Made by a program: the position numbers and the translations under genes. This document shows positions 1-14,205 of a stretch of DNA of 64,000 bases, piece by piece. The notes beneath the pieces were generated by a model. It made no database searches, had not been told where the DNA came from, and saw nothing but the letters and a program-made list of their open reading frames with translations. Source of the DNA: Lobosporangium transversale (lineage: Eukaryota); NCBI RefSeq assembly GCF_002105155.1, contig NW_019028990.1, forward strand, positions 186,001 to 250,000, written 5' to 3'. Position 1 is the stretch's first letter. Every line of letters starts with the position of its first letter.

Positions 1-188
1 GCCATGTATTCTGTACACACCATATGAGAAAGTGAAAAAGTGGGGAAGAGGCTTCGAAGCACATAAATACATCTCCCATTCATCTATCTAAAGTATAAAT
101 GGGAAAACGAATGGCCTTTTTTTTTTTTTTTTTTTTTTCTTTTTTTTTTTCTGGTTCTTCTCTTAACTGCACTAAGATGCTCAGCTGC

Positions 189-1883
189 TTAGTTACGGCT
201 TGTGAAAATGAGACCAGTATCAACGGGATCACCCATACGCCACATCAAACCCCTCTTGGTCTTTGAAGGATCCTGGATCTCAAACTTTGAGTACCTGGAA
301 ACCAAGAGCGCTCCAACAGTCTTCAATTCTTGGATAGCCAAGAAACGTCCAGGGCATGCATGCCTAACGCAAAAATATATAAATAAATAAATAAATACAT
401 TAGATCCAAGTCGCGCACTTTTTTTTTTTTTTTTTTTTTTTTCCTCCAAGTTCCTTAGTTTTTATACTTACTTTCCCATGCCAAAGACCAAAAAGTCATT
501 GCCAGCCTTGGTGGCAGCCTTTGCTTTGCCTACGAATCTCCAGGGGCGGAACTCATAAGCGTCGCCTCCTTGAACCTCATCGCTTTGATGGACTGAATGG
601 TTGTTGATGATGGCTTTGCTACCCTTGGTGATGCGCATTCCATTGGACAATGTGATATCCTCTCTGGCCGTGTGTGCCAAGGTCAAACGTTCGGTCCTAT
701 ATCTCAAAACCTCTCTAACAAAAGAATCCATCTTGACTAACCGCTTCATCATAGCAGCCGAAAGATCACGATCGTTCTTGGGATCCAAATCTGATCCTAC
801 GAAATCCTGTTCGGATTTGACCTCACCTGAAGCCAATTTGCTCTGTCTCAAGGTCTGACGTTCTTGTTCGATCTGAGATAGAGCCTCGCATTGTTCTTGA
901 TACAAAACATCCACATGTTCAGGGAAGGCTGCAAAGTAATAGCACAAGTTGGCGGCAGAATCTGATGTCGTATGGACACTTGCCAAGACCAAAAGCAACA
1001 AATGACCGCAGACATCCTCAATATCCACGAATCCATACTTGTCAAAGTTATCCAATAACTTTTGCATCATATCCAAAGGACGTACGTATTCCTCTCCCTT
1101 TGCATTCGCTTCAGCTTCTTCTTGACGACGTTTCAAGATCACGGGGGTGGCAACTTCGACCAGGATGTCAATATGTTTCTTCAGAGGATTCAACACGCTA
1201 TATTTGGCTTGGGTATTGAATCTATGCCAGAATCGAAGTCTGTTATCTCGACCAAGGACTTCGCCAAAGTCATATGTGCATTTGATGAAGGAATCGCGGA
1301 CCCGATGGTCCTTGGCACAGTCATTGCCCATAAACACAGTGGCCACTGAATAAAGAAGGAAGAAAAAAAAAAAGGTTAAAATTGAAACTACGTCCGAAAC
1401 CGGTAATAAAAAAAAAAAAAAAAAAAAAACTTACTGGCAGCGGCGACCATCTCCTGGAAGACATTAATGGGTTTCTCAATCAGCTTTCCATCCTTACAAT
1501 CACCCAATTCTCGATCGATTGTCAAAGTCAATTGCTCGACAATACGAGGGGTGTACAAGGGCAGGAATGGGGAGAGGTTATCACGGATGGCACTATGGGA
1601 GATCCAGTTTTCATCATTGCTGGTCTTGGTGATACTGTCTGTGAAAGCCTTCATGCCTGTCACCTCCTCCAAAGCATCAATGAAACTGAATTGTTCATTC
1701 ATGAATACTTCTCGGATCAACGAGCCCGAAACGACTGTGAATTTTTGATTCCAGAGCATGACATTGAAAACGAGGCCATAGTTCTCTACACACTTTGAAA
1801 GGAATTTGTTTTGATCCTCGGCGTATTCTGCATCATGGCTCTTGTCGCCTGCACGTAATGGTACGATTGGGATAGACTAAGAT

Positions 1884-1925
<42 letters not shown>

Positions 1926-1993
1926 TGTTTAGTTTACCAATTAGGCAATTAGTTTTTTTGTTAGAGATTGATGTTCTTTTGAATGACGCTCTC

Positions 1994-2034
<41 letters not shown>

Positions 2035-2213
2035 TTTATATATTTATATGATGAATTTAGATTGCAATTTACCTTATCTCTGCTGAATCCACCCTTGTTA
2101 GTGGCTCGATGGGCCAGGAATGCCGCGGAGGCAAGACCGATACCGATGGGCAAGACAGCCTTTAAGAGATCGGTTGGGTTTGTTGTTGTAGAAGTGGACA
2201 CAAGACCGAGCAT
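189..2213 (-). CDS. Cytochrome P450 monooxygenase, 4 exons (2213-2073, 1876-1435, 1345-472, 363-189)
   Basis: N-terminal membrane anchor (LPIGIGLASAAFLA), I-helix LASVHTTS, K-helix EVLR, PERF-like RPWRF. The heme motif FGMGKHACPGRF is joined in frame across the last GT-AG intron. Confidence 0.93.
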
Positions 2214-3274
2214 GATTTCTAATCAAAGGAATGTGGAGAAATAAAGAATTTGAAGGAAAAGAGAACGAAGTTTGTAAAATGAGGGCGAGGGGCGAAGGGC
2301 GAGGGCGAGGGCGAGGGTTGAAGAGAAGAGAACAGAGGACAGTAGAAGGGTTGAAATGTTTGATATTTATAACTCGGTTTTACAGGGAAACTTTTTTGGG
2401 GTGAAAAATGAAAAGAAGAGTGTGATTTACTGTCCAGATGGGAAAACAAAAACTTTACTCCCTTTTATACCAAAGAAGAACACTTGAAGGTTGGATAAAT
2501 GATTAGTTTCCTTTGGCAGAGCAAGGCCCCAACTGAGCATAGCACTCGCACAGAATATAAAAAACAAGTTTATTAGTTTTATTTTTATTTTCTTTTTTCG
2601 CTGAATGACCCTGACTAAAGCGCAAAAAACCGGTTAGCCAACGATCAGGCTATTGCCAAGGTTGGATCGCAATCTTGCGCAGCGACGGAAAGTATGTTCG
2701 CGAATGATCTTGTCCTAATACACTAAACGGAAAGAAAAAAGGAGGGGGGATTTCCTCCACAAGGGAATACATGTTTCTACTAGCAGGAGGGGGAAGGGTT
2801 TTTACCTTTATCCATAATAGGCTAACATCACCATCTTCATCATCATTATCGTCATTTTTTATACTTCCATTTAATAAACAAGGCTAGCATAAATCAAAAA
2901 CCGGTTTTTTTTTATCTTTGGTCGTTTTTAAAATCTTCTTGCTTTTGCCTCTAAATTGTACATGTACGTTGTGTGGATCGTTACCATTATTATATCAAAT
3001 TTCTCTCTCTTTTAGATAAAAGTCCATTTTGATCCGATGCGAATGCAGAAAGTAAGGAATAGAAAGTGTGTGGAAAATAATAATAATAATAATAATAAAA
3101 GTTCGAATAAGCTAGCAACCGGTTTTTTGTTTTTTTTGTTTGAGAGATGCGTTTGATCGGTGTTGACACATTTACAAGACCTTGTGAACTGGCCCGTGGA
3201 ACAAACACTTGTTCATCCACCCACTGGATTCAAAGTAGAAGAGGGTTCATGCAGTCTTTATTACTTCTTCCCAG

Positions 3275-3310
<36 letters not shown>

Positions 3311-5496
3311 GAGCTTTTTACTCACACAATCTCTTTAGAACAGATGACAGTGAAATAGCGCCGGCGAGCCCTCTCTGTTCTAAAGCCCAGCAGTGACTTT
3401 TTTTTATTTTTGTTTTTAAGCAGTAATAACTATCATCTTCTCATCACGTTCCCGATGTTTTCGACTCTTGTTGGATAGGAGAAGAGAATGCGTAAACTCC
3501 AGATCCTGTTACGGGATGAAATGGGCTTTTTATCCATGGGAAAAATATGGATGATCTCCGAGAAGCGAAACATCCGAGAAAATACTTTATTCTTAAACTT
3601 TTTAATATTATTGTTATTATTATTGTTATATTTAATATATGCTTTTATTATTTTGCTCAATATATTTCTAATGGCTCTTCTTTGTTGTTGTTGTTGGTTT
3701 TTTTTTTTTTTTTTTTTTTTTTACAAGATCATTATAAATATACCATCAAATATTAGAACAAAGAAGCAAGGGCAAGCTTCAAGTCTTCTATTGGTCATCA
3801 ACCTTTTCCCTCCTTCACTCAACCGCTGGTTCTTTGTTGACGCTCTTTTTTCTCTTTCTCAAAGTTTGATTTTGTTTTTGTACCTTGATTACTCATTCTT
3901 GTTGGGTGCGAAAGAGGGTTTTGTCCATCAACATCATCAACAACATCAACAACAACATCAACAACAATAACGACAACAATAACGACAACAGTAACGGCAA
4001 TAAAAAAAAAAATAAAAAAAAAAAACTCTAAGTAAAACGCGTGGAGAATCACACGTGCTTTTAATTGCATTTATGCACCTTTTCTTCTCTTTTTTTTTTT
4101 TTTTTTTTTTATGTAATTCATGCATACACATGTATAAATGCTGGGATTGCCCCTCGTATGTTCCTCATTTCACAAAGAAAATAAATTACAAACAGGGGAA
4201 AGGAACTAACAGACCGAATAGAGTCGGGTCCAATTAATCAATAATTTTTTTTTTTAAAAAAAAAAGCTGAGTATTGTTCGCCTGGCCTTGGAGAGAGGAG
4301 AAGAAAGGAAAAGAGTCCTCATTGCTTCCATGAAACATTCTTAATATCAGTATTGATTCAGGATACAGTTGGTCTACTAAGAAGAACTCTTCAAAGGCGA
4401 CTATTCGATGCTTGTTGGTTTTCCAAATCTGCTCTGATTTCACCGTAATTTAGCGGAATTGATTAATTAGCATCTCCTGAATAGTTGCCATGCCGAGGGA
4501 CTCTTCGAATGGACAGGATTTGCTGCTGTTCAAAACAATAAAACTTGACTGAAAGTCTGCTAATCCTCAAACCATGAGGCCAAATAATGCCTCTGAACGC
4601 TTCAATAGGATTGTGGCGTGCTTTTGGGACGCAGGATAGAGGATTTGTTCTTTGGAGGCAAACTTTTTGAAGCTGCGCCTGTTGCTAGTAAAAACACAAA
4701 TGGTTCCCGTTTTCCGCATACTTCTGGGCTTCTACAATCCAAAGGCTGTGACGTAGCCATCAAATGTTACATGTTTGTCAAAGTATTGACACGTCCCTTG
4801 CAAAAGTTCAGGTGTATGCAAAGAGTATTGGTTTAAGGGACCGTAGAGAAGTCAGTGACATGTGGCAGTGTTTAGATGATTATACAGTTTATACCACATG
4901 GAGTCCAAACAGTCGTCAAAGTGGATAACTTGAATGAGGAAAAAACGTGCTCATTAAAAATTGGACATGTCAAGTTGTTCGAGTTACAAAGATGGCGTGG
5001 TTGATTGCATGTATACGTAGATGCATAAAAGCGCATTCGATTGAGTGTAGAACTGTACAATTTTGATACAAATTTATTTCAATATTTCTTATAACAACGC
5101 GCTTTCTTTGTAAGCAGATTAAGCCTACAAAGTGATCCCTCTCTCTTTAAATGTCGAATGAAAAGAATGAAAAAAGGAAAAAAAAAAAAAAAACAAAAAA
5201 ACAAAAAGAAAAAGCCTGTTTCAATATAAAAGGAATAAAACAACAGCAGCAACAATAGTAATAAGAATAACAACTGAATATGCCACAAATGAGAGCATGA
5301 ACAACAACAACAAAAAAGATAAAAAAAAAAAAAAAAAAAAAAAAAAGTTCGTGAGAGAGAGAGGGAATACAGCGGTTAAGGTTGATTTTGCCTTTTTTTC
5401 TTTTCTTCTAAAATGCAACTCGTTAATTCATTCATCAGATCCTGTTCAAAATGTCCTCGTCCTTGTTATGATAGATGCATTGTTGGTTGATTTTAG

Positions 5497-5923
5497 TTAA
5501 TAAAATGCTGGCTTGATCATGGCGGTATCACGTAATTGCTTTTGCTCACGAACTGTAAACACTTTGCCAGGTTCTGGTCCCTTAGGCTGACGAATAGGGT
5601 ATATCAGGTTAGCTCCGATGGGGCTGTTTCCGGCAGCGGCATCGAAGACCATGGATTTGCGATAGAGTGACCTGGTTGGTGAGGCAGAGCCTGTCGATCG
5701 AGTAGTAGAGGTATAATTGGAGTAGTTGGAGATGATACTGGTTGTGCTTGCAACAGAACCATTGAGTGTTGATGATGGAATGTCGGGTAAAGGTGATCGT
5801 GATTTGTAAATAGGACTCTCAGATCTCAGCGATCCACGTCCTGCGAACGAAATTGGTCGTTGCTGCTTTAGATGTAAATATAGCGATAGTATAAAGATAC
5901 AAAAGGTCAGATATAGTAAATTC

Positions 5924-5954
<31 letters not shown>

Positions 5955-8192
5955 GATATTATACATGAGTACGGAAGGTGGCAAGAGATCAGTCTGTGCT
6001 GTTTACCTTGGTAGGTGTAGAAGGTCCTCCTGCACTGGAATCGAGAGCAGCGTTAGGATGAGGGGTTTTCATAATAATAAGTCGACGGAGGTTACCCTCG
6101 CCTTCGGTATAGTAGTGCAGCGATAACTTGTCTGCGATAAGATGTAAAATACGGCGCTGACGAGGGCTAAGGTTCTCAGGGAAGATCATGTCATCTTTCG
6201 TAGCATCGCCTCGGAACATTAAAAGGCGATCATAAAATGCCAAGGTCTCTCCATCGTTCAGGTCCAATTGGTACAGCGATGCTAAAAATATAACAATATA
6301 TAAAAGTCAGCTGACATAAGACTTGACTTTGAAGCAGCGATTTAGCTTTTTTTTTTTTTTTTCTTTCTGGCTTACCACTCGAGTCCTCTCTGTCCAAGAG
6401 GCTACGTCCCGAGTCACGTCGCTCCAACAGAGCTGCAGATGCACGGTTTCGAGTTCTTTCAAACTCACGGCTCTGCAACTCCATTAACTCACGTTGTCTC
6501 TCCTGTCGCTCCTGTTGTTCTAACAACTGAGCTTCCACAATCTCCATTTCCCTGCGTTGAAGCGCCTCCTGGTGTGCCGCCATTGCAGCAGCAGCCTTTT
6601 CTTGATCCCTCTTCTCCTGCTCCGCAGCCGGCATCACCTTTTTGTATTCCACTCGCAGCTTCCTGCCCTGGACCTCAAATCCATTCACGGCATTGTAAAC
6701 CAAGTCAGCCTCCTCTGCTGTTCTATAATTCGCAAACGCTAAACCGCGGAAGATACCATTGTCGAAATGATAATTGAAGGCATATGGTTTGGGAATATCA
6801 AGATTATCGAGGATGGCAAGCAGCGAATCACGCTTAACAGAGAAAGGAATGTTCTTGATCACAATGGCTGTTGGGATAGTATCAACAGGCTCCTCTCCTT
6901 GCTGTTGTTGCTGCTGCTGTTGTTGCTGCTGCTGTTGTTGTTGTTGTTGTTGTTGCTGCTGCTGTTGCTGCTGTTGCATCTGTGGCTGCTGCATATGTTG
7001 AGGAGGCTGAGGGTAAGGCTGAGGCTGAAACTGGCCAATGAGGGGTCCTGGCTGCATCATGGGCTGGTAAGCATAGGCTTGATGCTGGTAGTATTGCTGC
7101 TGGCGAGGATCCTGTTGCAGCACAGGCGACTGAATGGGCGAAGCCTGTGGAGGGCTCCAGTTCTGTGTGTCCACGGGCGTTACGATATGAACCAATGGAA
7201 AGTCAGACGAGCACGATCATAGCGACAAAAAGATATAGCAGATGTGGCAACAACAAAAAAAAAAAAGAAGAAAGAAAAACATTAGCGCACATACACAAAA
7301 AAAAAAAAAAAAGAGAGCAAAACAGAGCAGTAAGAGAGATCAAGGGTCACTAGCACATAAAAAGAAAAAAGCATGGGTGCTGGGAAGAACATGTTGGCGG
7401 AAAAAAGCAAGAGAGCGACGGGAAGAAATCACAAGTATAATAAGGCCATACAAAGCTGCAAATGGTCCAATTTTTTTTTGTCTGCATGGCATGGCAAGAT
7501 GCATGCCCAATGGTCATCCATTGAGTTAAATGTAACACAAACACATCTGAACATGGAAGAAGCATATTCAAGGACTGCTTTGCCTTGGGACATGTACCAC
7601 CCATGCCCATGCACCATCCTTCAAACATCCAGCCATACCCTTTACTCTTTTGTCCTTTTGTTTGAGTATCTTTAAAAACATACTCTCTTTGACCCTCTCT
7701 CGCCCAACCCTCTATAATCTCTTTTACACATCTTGTATATTTGTTTGTGCATTGTCTTTTTCCCGTAGGACAACAATCATGTCGACCCTGTTTTCTATTC
7801 TTATCCAGGAACCTGAAAAAAAAAAAAAAAAAAAATAGGGGGTGAGGGGAAAGAGAAAAAAAAAAAATGATTCAAACACTTACCACACTCGCAAGGGACA
7901 TGCGATTAGAATGACGCTTGCCATTCATACTTTGGCTGGCATTGATGGCCATCCCCATGCTGTTTCTTTGTGATTGGTAGCCACTCATGCCATTTCCATT
8001 GCCACCATTGGTCGGCTTGCGGGTCAATGGGCTAGCAGGACCACGTTCAGACCCATACTGCGAGTAGCGGCGTTGGTGCTGTGGCTGATACGATCCTTGC
8101 TGCTGATGATGGTGATGATCCAGTGGCGAGGCAGGACCGTTGTCGCGGAGCGACATTGCATCAAAGGTCATATCGAGTTGTTTGGTAGTCAT
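5497..8192 (-). CDS. PIN4: RRM + R3H RNA-binding protein, PIN4/Cip1/Cip2-like; exons 8192-7884, 7162-6376, 6281-6007, ~5865-5497
   Basis: RRM TAIVIKNIPF...YAFNYHFDNGIFRGLAFANY...GRKLRVEYKK, R3H DLND..TLAFY...LSPRQRRILHLIADKLSL, C-terminal PIRQPKGP motif and a polyQ tract at about 6901-6978. Splice phases are consistent. Confidence 0.85.
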
Positions 8193-8742
8193 ATCGTCGT
8201 ATACAAGAATGGATCTTTTTTTCTTTTTTTCTTTTTGGTCAGTAATGATAGTTGTTGTAGTGAAGAAGTTGGAGAAAGAGAAGAGGTTGAATATCTCGGG
8301 GAACGGGGCGAGGATGGAAAAAGGTAGCTTTCAGCGCTTGTTTTTCTAGATCTGCTTTCGGCACTCTTGGCTTCAAACCCTCGAAATGCTTATAGAACGT
8401 TCAAGTGGGTTCTTTTTTTTTTGTTTTTTTTTTTTTTTGTTTTTTTGTTTTTGTTTTTTTCAATCGGTTTCTAGTGAGTCGGTTGTCGAATATACGGATA
8501 TGTACAGAATATAAAGAAAGGAAAGAAAGGAAAGAAAGGCTGCAAAATAGGATATAAAACGAAGGAATCAGAACAAAGACAAATAACAGTTCGTTAACAT
8601 GAATCAAATAAGAAATTAAAACGGCAATGTAGAGAACGTGAACAAGGGTTTAAGGGAAAGGGATTGCGGACAGGATGAAATAAGAGAAGGACAGAAGGTG
8701 ACAGAGACAGAGACGAAAGGTGAGGACAGAGAACAAGAAAAG

Positions 8743-8779
<37 letters not shown>

Positions 8780-9768
8780 GAAAAAGAAAAAAAAAAAAAA
8801 GTTCGAATGTATTCTTTTATCTTGCTCACCGAACGAAGGAAAAGGAGAAGGAAAGGGCAGAGAGGATAAAGGAAAGGAGAAGGGGAGGCTAGTGGATGGA
8901 TGGGTGGATATGGTTTATGGTTTTTGGTTTATGGTTTATGGTTCTCTGTTGCACTCAAACAATGAAAAACATTTACGAAATATTGAAATATTGAAATATT
9001 CAATTTGTTATATTTGGAAGAGATGTGAGTTACACATTTAAGGAGCTAAAATGGATGGGGGGCGCAACCGCACCCTCGCCCAAACCCATCCTTGAGATAG
9101 TTTCAAAGGGTTTAAGGATCTGGAAGAATGGACAACTTGAAATGCAGTTTACCTCATCCTTTTTGTCTTGTCGCAACATTTTGGTAAAATTAGTACAGTT
9201 CGTTAAATTAGTTGGTCCTCGCCAATGTATTCTTCGATGGGATTTAAATAGGCGACGGAGGATCACTGGTCCATCCTTTTGTATCCTTCCGTCTTTGACA
9301 AAACAATAACAAAGGGCAAAGATACGTATGCCCCTAATCTGTACTTAATGTGCACACCTTTATTTGGACGGAGTCTTTACCTCTCAATAATGCCTTCAAA
9401 ATTGTTTGAATCTCGGTCCGCCAAGCAATCTCTTGAAAATGAATATGATCCACTCCACAGCATGTTCATATTTACTCAAATCACCTCAGAACAGGAGAAG
9501 GGACAGAACCCAAGTTGGGCAGACGAAAAAAAAAAAAGAAAAAAAAGGCGCGCCTTGTCAAAGAGAGCCGAAAACGTAGCCGCCACCAACTTTTTTTATA
9601 TCTCAGCCACAGGATATATATCACGTGAACATAGACTTTCACACCTCACTTTTTTTTTTTTTTTTTCAATCAAAACAAAAAAAAAAAAAAAAAAAAAATC
9701 CATTTCATCCTACACATCCTTCCATCCTATCCTTCTCCAAAGAAATTAGCCACACACCAGTAGTCATA

Positions 9769-10112
9769 ATGTAAGAAACACGAAAGGGAGAATTGATGGA
9801 TTGATCAAAAATCAGTCAATTCGGAAAAAGAAACTTCTTTCTTATGGATCGTACAAGTTTCAACAATCATGGCTTGAATTATTTGATCAGGAACGTTATT
9901 GAGGCAATGAAGCCTTGGTTTTTTTTTTATCTTTTTTTGGAACAAACAAGAAGGAGCAAGTTTACACAGTATTATTTTATCCTGTTCCTGCTCAGACTCT
10001 TTCCCTCGTCAGGAACAAATGATTACTCTATTCATTTTTTTCTTTCTTATTTGAAATAAAAGCTTTAACGCTTTTCAGACAATATTTCACGAGGGCAGGA
10101 TTTTAGACAGGA

Positions 10113-10143
<31 letters not shown>

Positions 10144-10267
10144 CTTGGCTCTAAGACTTACAGGATGCAATAGGAAGGCGATTATAGATCTCTCTCACTT
10201 GACGATATACACTGTTACTGATCTCTGGTTATCACAATTGCGTCAACTATTCAAAACCGTTTCTTCC

Positions 10268-10307
<40 letters not shown>

Positions 10308-10945
10308 CAGGGCCGATATCGAGAACAAGACCGCCACTATTGAGGAGATTGATTCTGACTCTGAGCAGCAGACCTCTTCCTCCTCCCGCGTCCAGTCTCG
10401 TGGAGAGATCAAGGCTCGCAAGGCCCTCAGCAAGCTTGGACTCGTCAAGGTCAAGGGCGTCAACCGTGTCACGGTCCGTCGTTCTGGTCAGCCCATCTTG
10501 GCCATTTCTGGTCCCGATGTCTACAGGTCCTTGAACTCGGACACCTACGTTGTCTTTGGTGAGGGCCAGAACGAGGATCTTAGCAGTTTGCAGTCCCAGC
10601 TCCAGGCTGCCCAGGATGTCCTCAAGGATTCTGGTGATGCTCCTGAAGCCGCTGCCGCTGCCGATGCCGATGCCGATGATGCCGATGATGACGATGAGGA
10701 GGTCGATGAGGAGGGCCTCACTAAGGAGGATATCGAGCTCGTCATGGCTCAGGGCAACGTCAAGCGCTCCAAGGCCGTCAAGGCCCTCAAGGCTCACAAT
10801 GGCGACATTGTCAACGCTATCATGGTAATATTCTCTACAATTTTTTTCTTTGGCAGTCTATTGTAATTGATACAAGTTTTGGTGGATCTCCAACTCACAT
10901 GATCTTGATTTTATTTTATTTCAACAATAGGAGCTTACAATGTAA
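9769..10945 (+). CDS. EGD2: Nascent polypeptide-associated complex alpha subunit; exons 9769-9770 (AT), 10311-10824, 10931-10945
   Basis: NAC domain QSRGEIKARKALSKLGL...PDVY...SDTYVVFGE and UBA-like C-terminus KDIELVM-type ...KAVKALKAHNGDIVNAIMELTM*. The start codon is split AT|G by a GTAAGA...CAG intron. Confidence 0.9.
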
Positions 10946-11743
10946 AAAGTCTTTTCTCACACCCTCCTCCCCACCACAATTTTGGAAGACTAAAAGTTTG
11001 TCATTATTTCTTTCTATAAAAACATTGAAAAAAAAACCCCCTCTCTCTCCTTTATCCATAACGCCTTTGTCAAGTACGGAAGAAAGTTTCAAGAAATGTG
11101 TGAATGAAAAAATATATATATATTATATATATCTTATATAAATATATTTAACAAAAAAAAGCGTAATTGTTTTTTTTTTTTTTTTTTTCTTTTTTTTCTT
11201 TTTTTCGTCAACAGCACAGCAACGTGGAATTGTAACCTTGTTGACTTGTAAAAAAAAAAAAAAAAGAAGCAAATATTCCCTTGGGCATATTTGTACACAG
11301 CAATTGCCTATCTATCGAATATTGACGTGAAACTATAGCAATATGAGCATGAGCATAGGCATTTCAAGAAAGCGTAAGCTTTTTCTATGTTTTATGTGGC
11401 ATTAGTGTGTTAGATCGGACAAATCGTAGAACATGGTCATGCCCATTATCAAGGCGGATTGCTCTAAACTCCTTTCATACATGTTCAAAATGCAGCGAAG
11501 CTCAGCTCTCTTTTAGGATCGTTTATCATTTCATGGCTTACTGCTTTTTCTTGCTTTTTTTTTTTTTTTTTTTTTTTTTCCAGTTGGTTCGTGACAAGCT
11601 TGAGTGTAGATGATAAGATGATAACCATTGTAGGTTGTCACGTGAATGATTGGTCCCTGGTAACTTGTTTATTTACCCTTGGAAGAATATGACGGAAAAA
11701 AGAAAAAAAAACCTCATTTCAACATTGAGGGGTAGTTCTACTC

Positions 11744-12053
11744 ATGGCATCGACGCGGTTCAAGAATGTGATTGCAGCCCAATTGGCTGAACTCACAGGA
11801 GGAGACGCTTCAGTCATTGTTCGCGCGATCGGCCGACCCAAAGTCAAGGGTCATGGAACTTTTACCGTCTCTTTACCTCGACTCTTCCCTACTCAAAAAA
11901 ATGTTTCGGAAAACAAGTCTCCGGCGGGATTATTGTTACCAGAAACTCTAGGAGGGGACAAGGGCCTCAAGAGAAAAACAAAAAAGGGGGAAATAAATGA
12001 TTCAATTGCTCAAGATGTCAGAAAAGAGTTTTTAGCAAGGATACCCCATGAGG

Positions 12054-12096
<43 letters not shown>

Positions 12097-12611
12097 TAAT
12101 ATACACATTCTGGATGACATATTTAAAGGGTGTTTTCTAGGGGAGAGAAAAAGCATCATTAACGCTGATTCTCCTTTATTATATTTTTTTTCCCCTTCCC
12201 TGTGGGTTAAAAGTTTGACACAAGCGGTCCTATTCGGTCAATTACACCAGTTGGTCAGTTTCTTAATTTCAGTGTGGATGAGCGTCAGTATACACGCGAG
12301 ACTATTCTGGAGGTCGTGAAAGCCGAGGAAACAAAACAACAAACGCTCTCATCATCAAAGGCTGGATCGACAACACATTGGACTCGACAACAGATCGCTA
12401 GTCTTGGATATGGATTAGATCCAAGCCTTGGACAAGGTCAAATCGTGGCTATGGACTATAGTTCACCCAATATTGCAAAACCATTTCATGGAGGACATTT
12501 ACGTGGAACGATTCTCGGCAATTTTGTCACACGATTGTTACGAGGATTTGGATATCAAGTAATTGGTATCAATTACTTGGGCGACTGGGGAAAACAATAT
12601 GGTAAGTGTAA

Positions 12612-12663
<52 letters not shown>

Positions 12664-14205
12664 GAGAGAGAAAAAGAAGGCTTCATTAACTTATTTCCAC
12701 GGGTTGGATTAATATCACTCTTCTTATATTTGTAATATGTATAGGTCTGATGGCAGTTGGATTTGATCGTTATGGCGACAGAACTAAACTTCGTCAGGAT
12801 CCTATAAAGCATCTTTACGATGTATATGTCAGGATCAATCGAGACATCTCTGAAAATCCGGAACTAGATAAGCTTGCAAATCAATACTTCAAACAAATGG
12901 AAGAAAACGATCCTCAGGTTCTATCGCTTTGGCAAGAATTTCGTTCTCTTTCTATCGATTTTTATAAGGTGATCTATAAGCGGCTTGGAATTGAATTTGA
13001 TGTCTATTCGGGTGAATCCGAAAGTGTCAAATATGTTCCCCAAGCATTCGAGCTCTTACGTGAGAAGGGACTTTTAAGGGAAGAGAGCGATGGTGCCTGG
13101 ATTGTTGATCTGACAGAGTATGACTTGGGTATCTGTGTATTACGTCGGGCAGATGGGACAACGTTGTATTTAACCAGAGATGTGGCTGCCTGTCTTCAAC
13201 GACAAGAGCTTTTCAAGTTTGACCGACATTTGTATATGATTGGAGATGATCAAAACTTGCATATGAAACGACTGTTCAAGATCATGGAGCTGGCCTTTGC
13301 AGAAGAGGCGGCTACTCATTCTCAAACATCTTCATTACCCCATTGGAGTCGAAACCTTCAGCATATCTCCTTTGGTAAGGTTCAGGGCATGTCAACTCGG
13401 AAAGGTAAAGCCGTGTTTTTGGAGGACATTCTTGATACTGCTCAGAGCACTATGTTGGAAAAGATGAAGGAGAATGAAACAAAATTTGAAGCTGTCAAGG
13501 AATTATTCCAACGACAGCAACAGCAGCAACAACAGCAGCAACAACAACAGCAACAGCAACAGCAACAGCAACCACAAGAATGGAGTCAACACAACGAAGA
13601 GAGTGGTGTTGAACTAGTTGCGGATCAGTTAGGGATTTCTGCGGTGGTGATTCAGGATTTCCAAGCCCGTAGTTCCAAAGGATATGAGTTTAGCTGGAAG
13701 CGCATGACGGATTCTATCGGCAACACTGGCATTTATCTTCAGTATGCTCACGCACGTCTTTGCGGGTAAAGTTCTGAAGCGCCATTTACCATTTGTTTAT
13801 TTATTTAAAGTTATTTTATTGTGTGTAGATACGGGGACTGATAATTCTAAAATATTGTATGAGCAAAATAGGATTGAAAGCAGATCGGGTGCACGGTTGA
13901 ATTTTCAAGCTAATACGGATCTGTTGACAGAACCAGAAGCGTTTGAGTTGACAAATGTGATTTCCATGTACCCGGAAGTAACCTTGCAGGTCCTTCAAAC
14001 GTTTGAGCCGTCGATGGTTGTAAATTATCTGTTTGAACTCTCACATGCCATCAGTTCCGCTAACCAAGTGTTGCAGGTGAAATCTGTGGCAGAATCTGGG
14101 CAACAAGATTTGGCAGAGGCTCGAATGTTACTTTTATGGTCTGCACGCGTAACCCTTGGTAACGGGATGAGACTTCTTGGACTTGAGCCGCTAGAAAGGA
14201 TGTAA
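11744..14205 (+). CDS. Arginyl-tRNA synthetase (yeast RRS1/MSR1, RARS2-type; probably the mitochondrial paralog); exons 11744-12052, 12214-12601, 12745-13765, 13872-14205
   Basis: DYSSPNIAKPFHGGHLRGT (HIGH motif), INYLGDWGKQYG, FDVYSGES, DGTTLYLTRD, GMSTRKG, YLQYAHARL, and C-terminal LGLEPLERM. Confidence 0.92.

Noticed and set aside
189..2213. Secondary-metabolite cluster around the P450
   Set aside because: No backbone or tailoring genes lie next to it in this window. The left flank is outside the view.
6767..7222. PolyC/polyL ORFs on the plus strand
   Set aside because: They are antisense to the PIN4-like polyQ tract.
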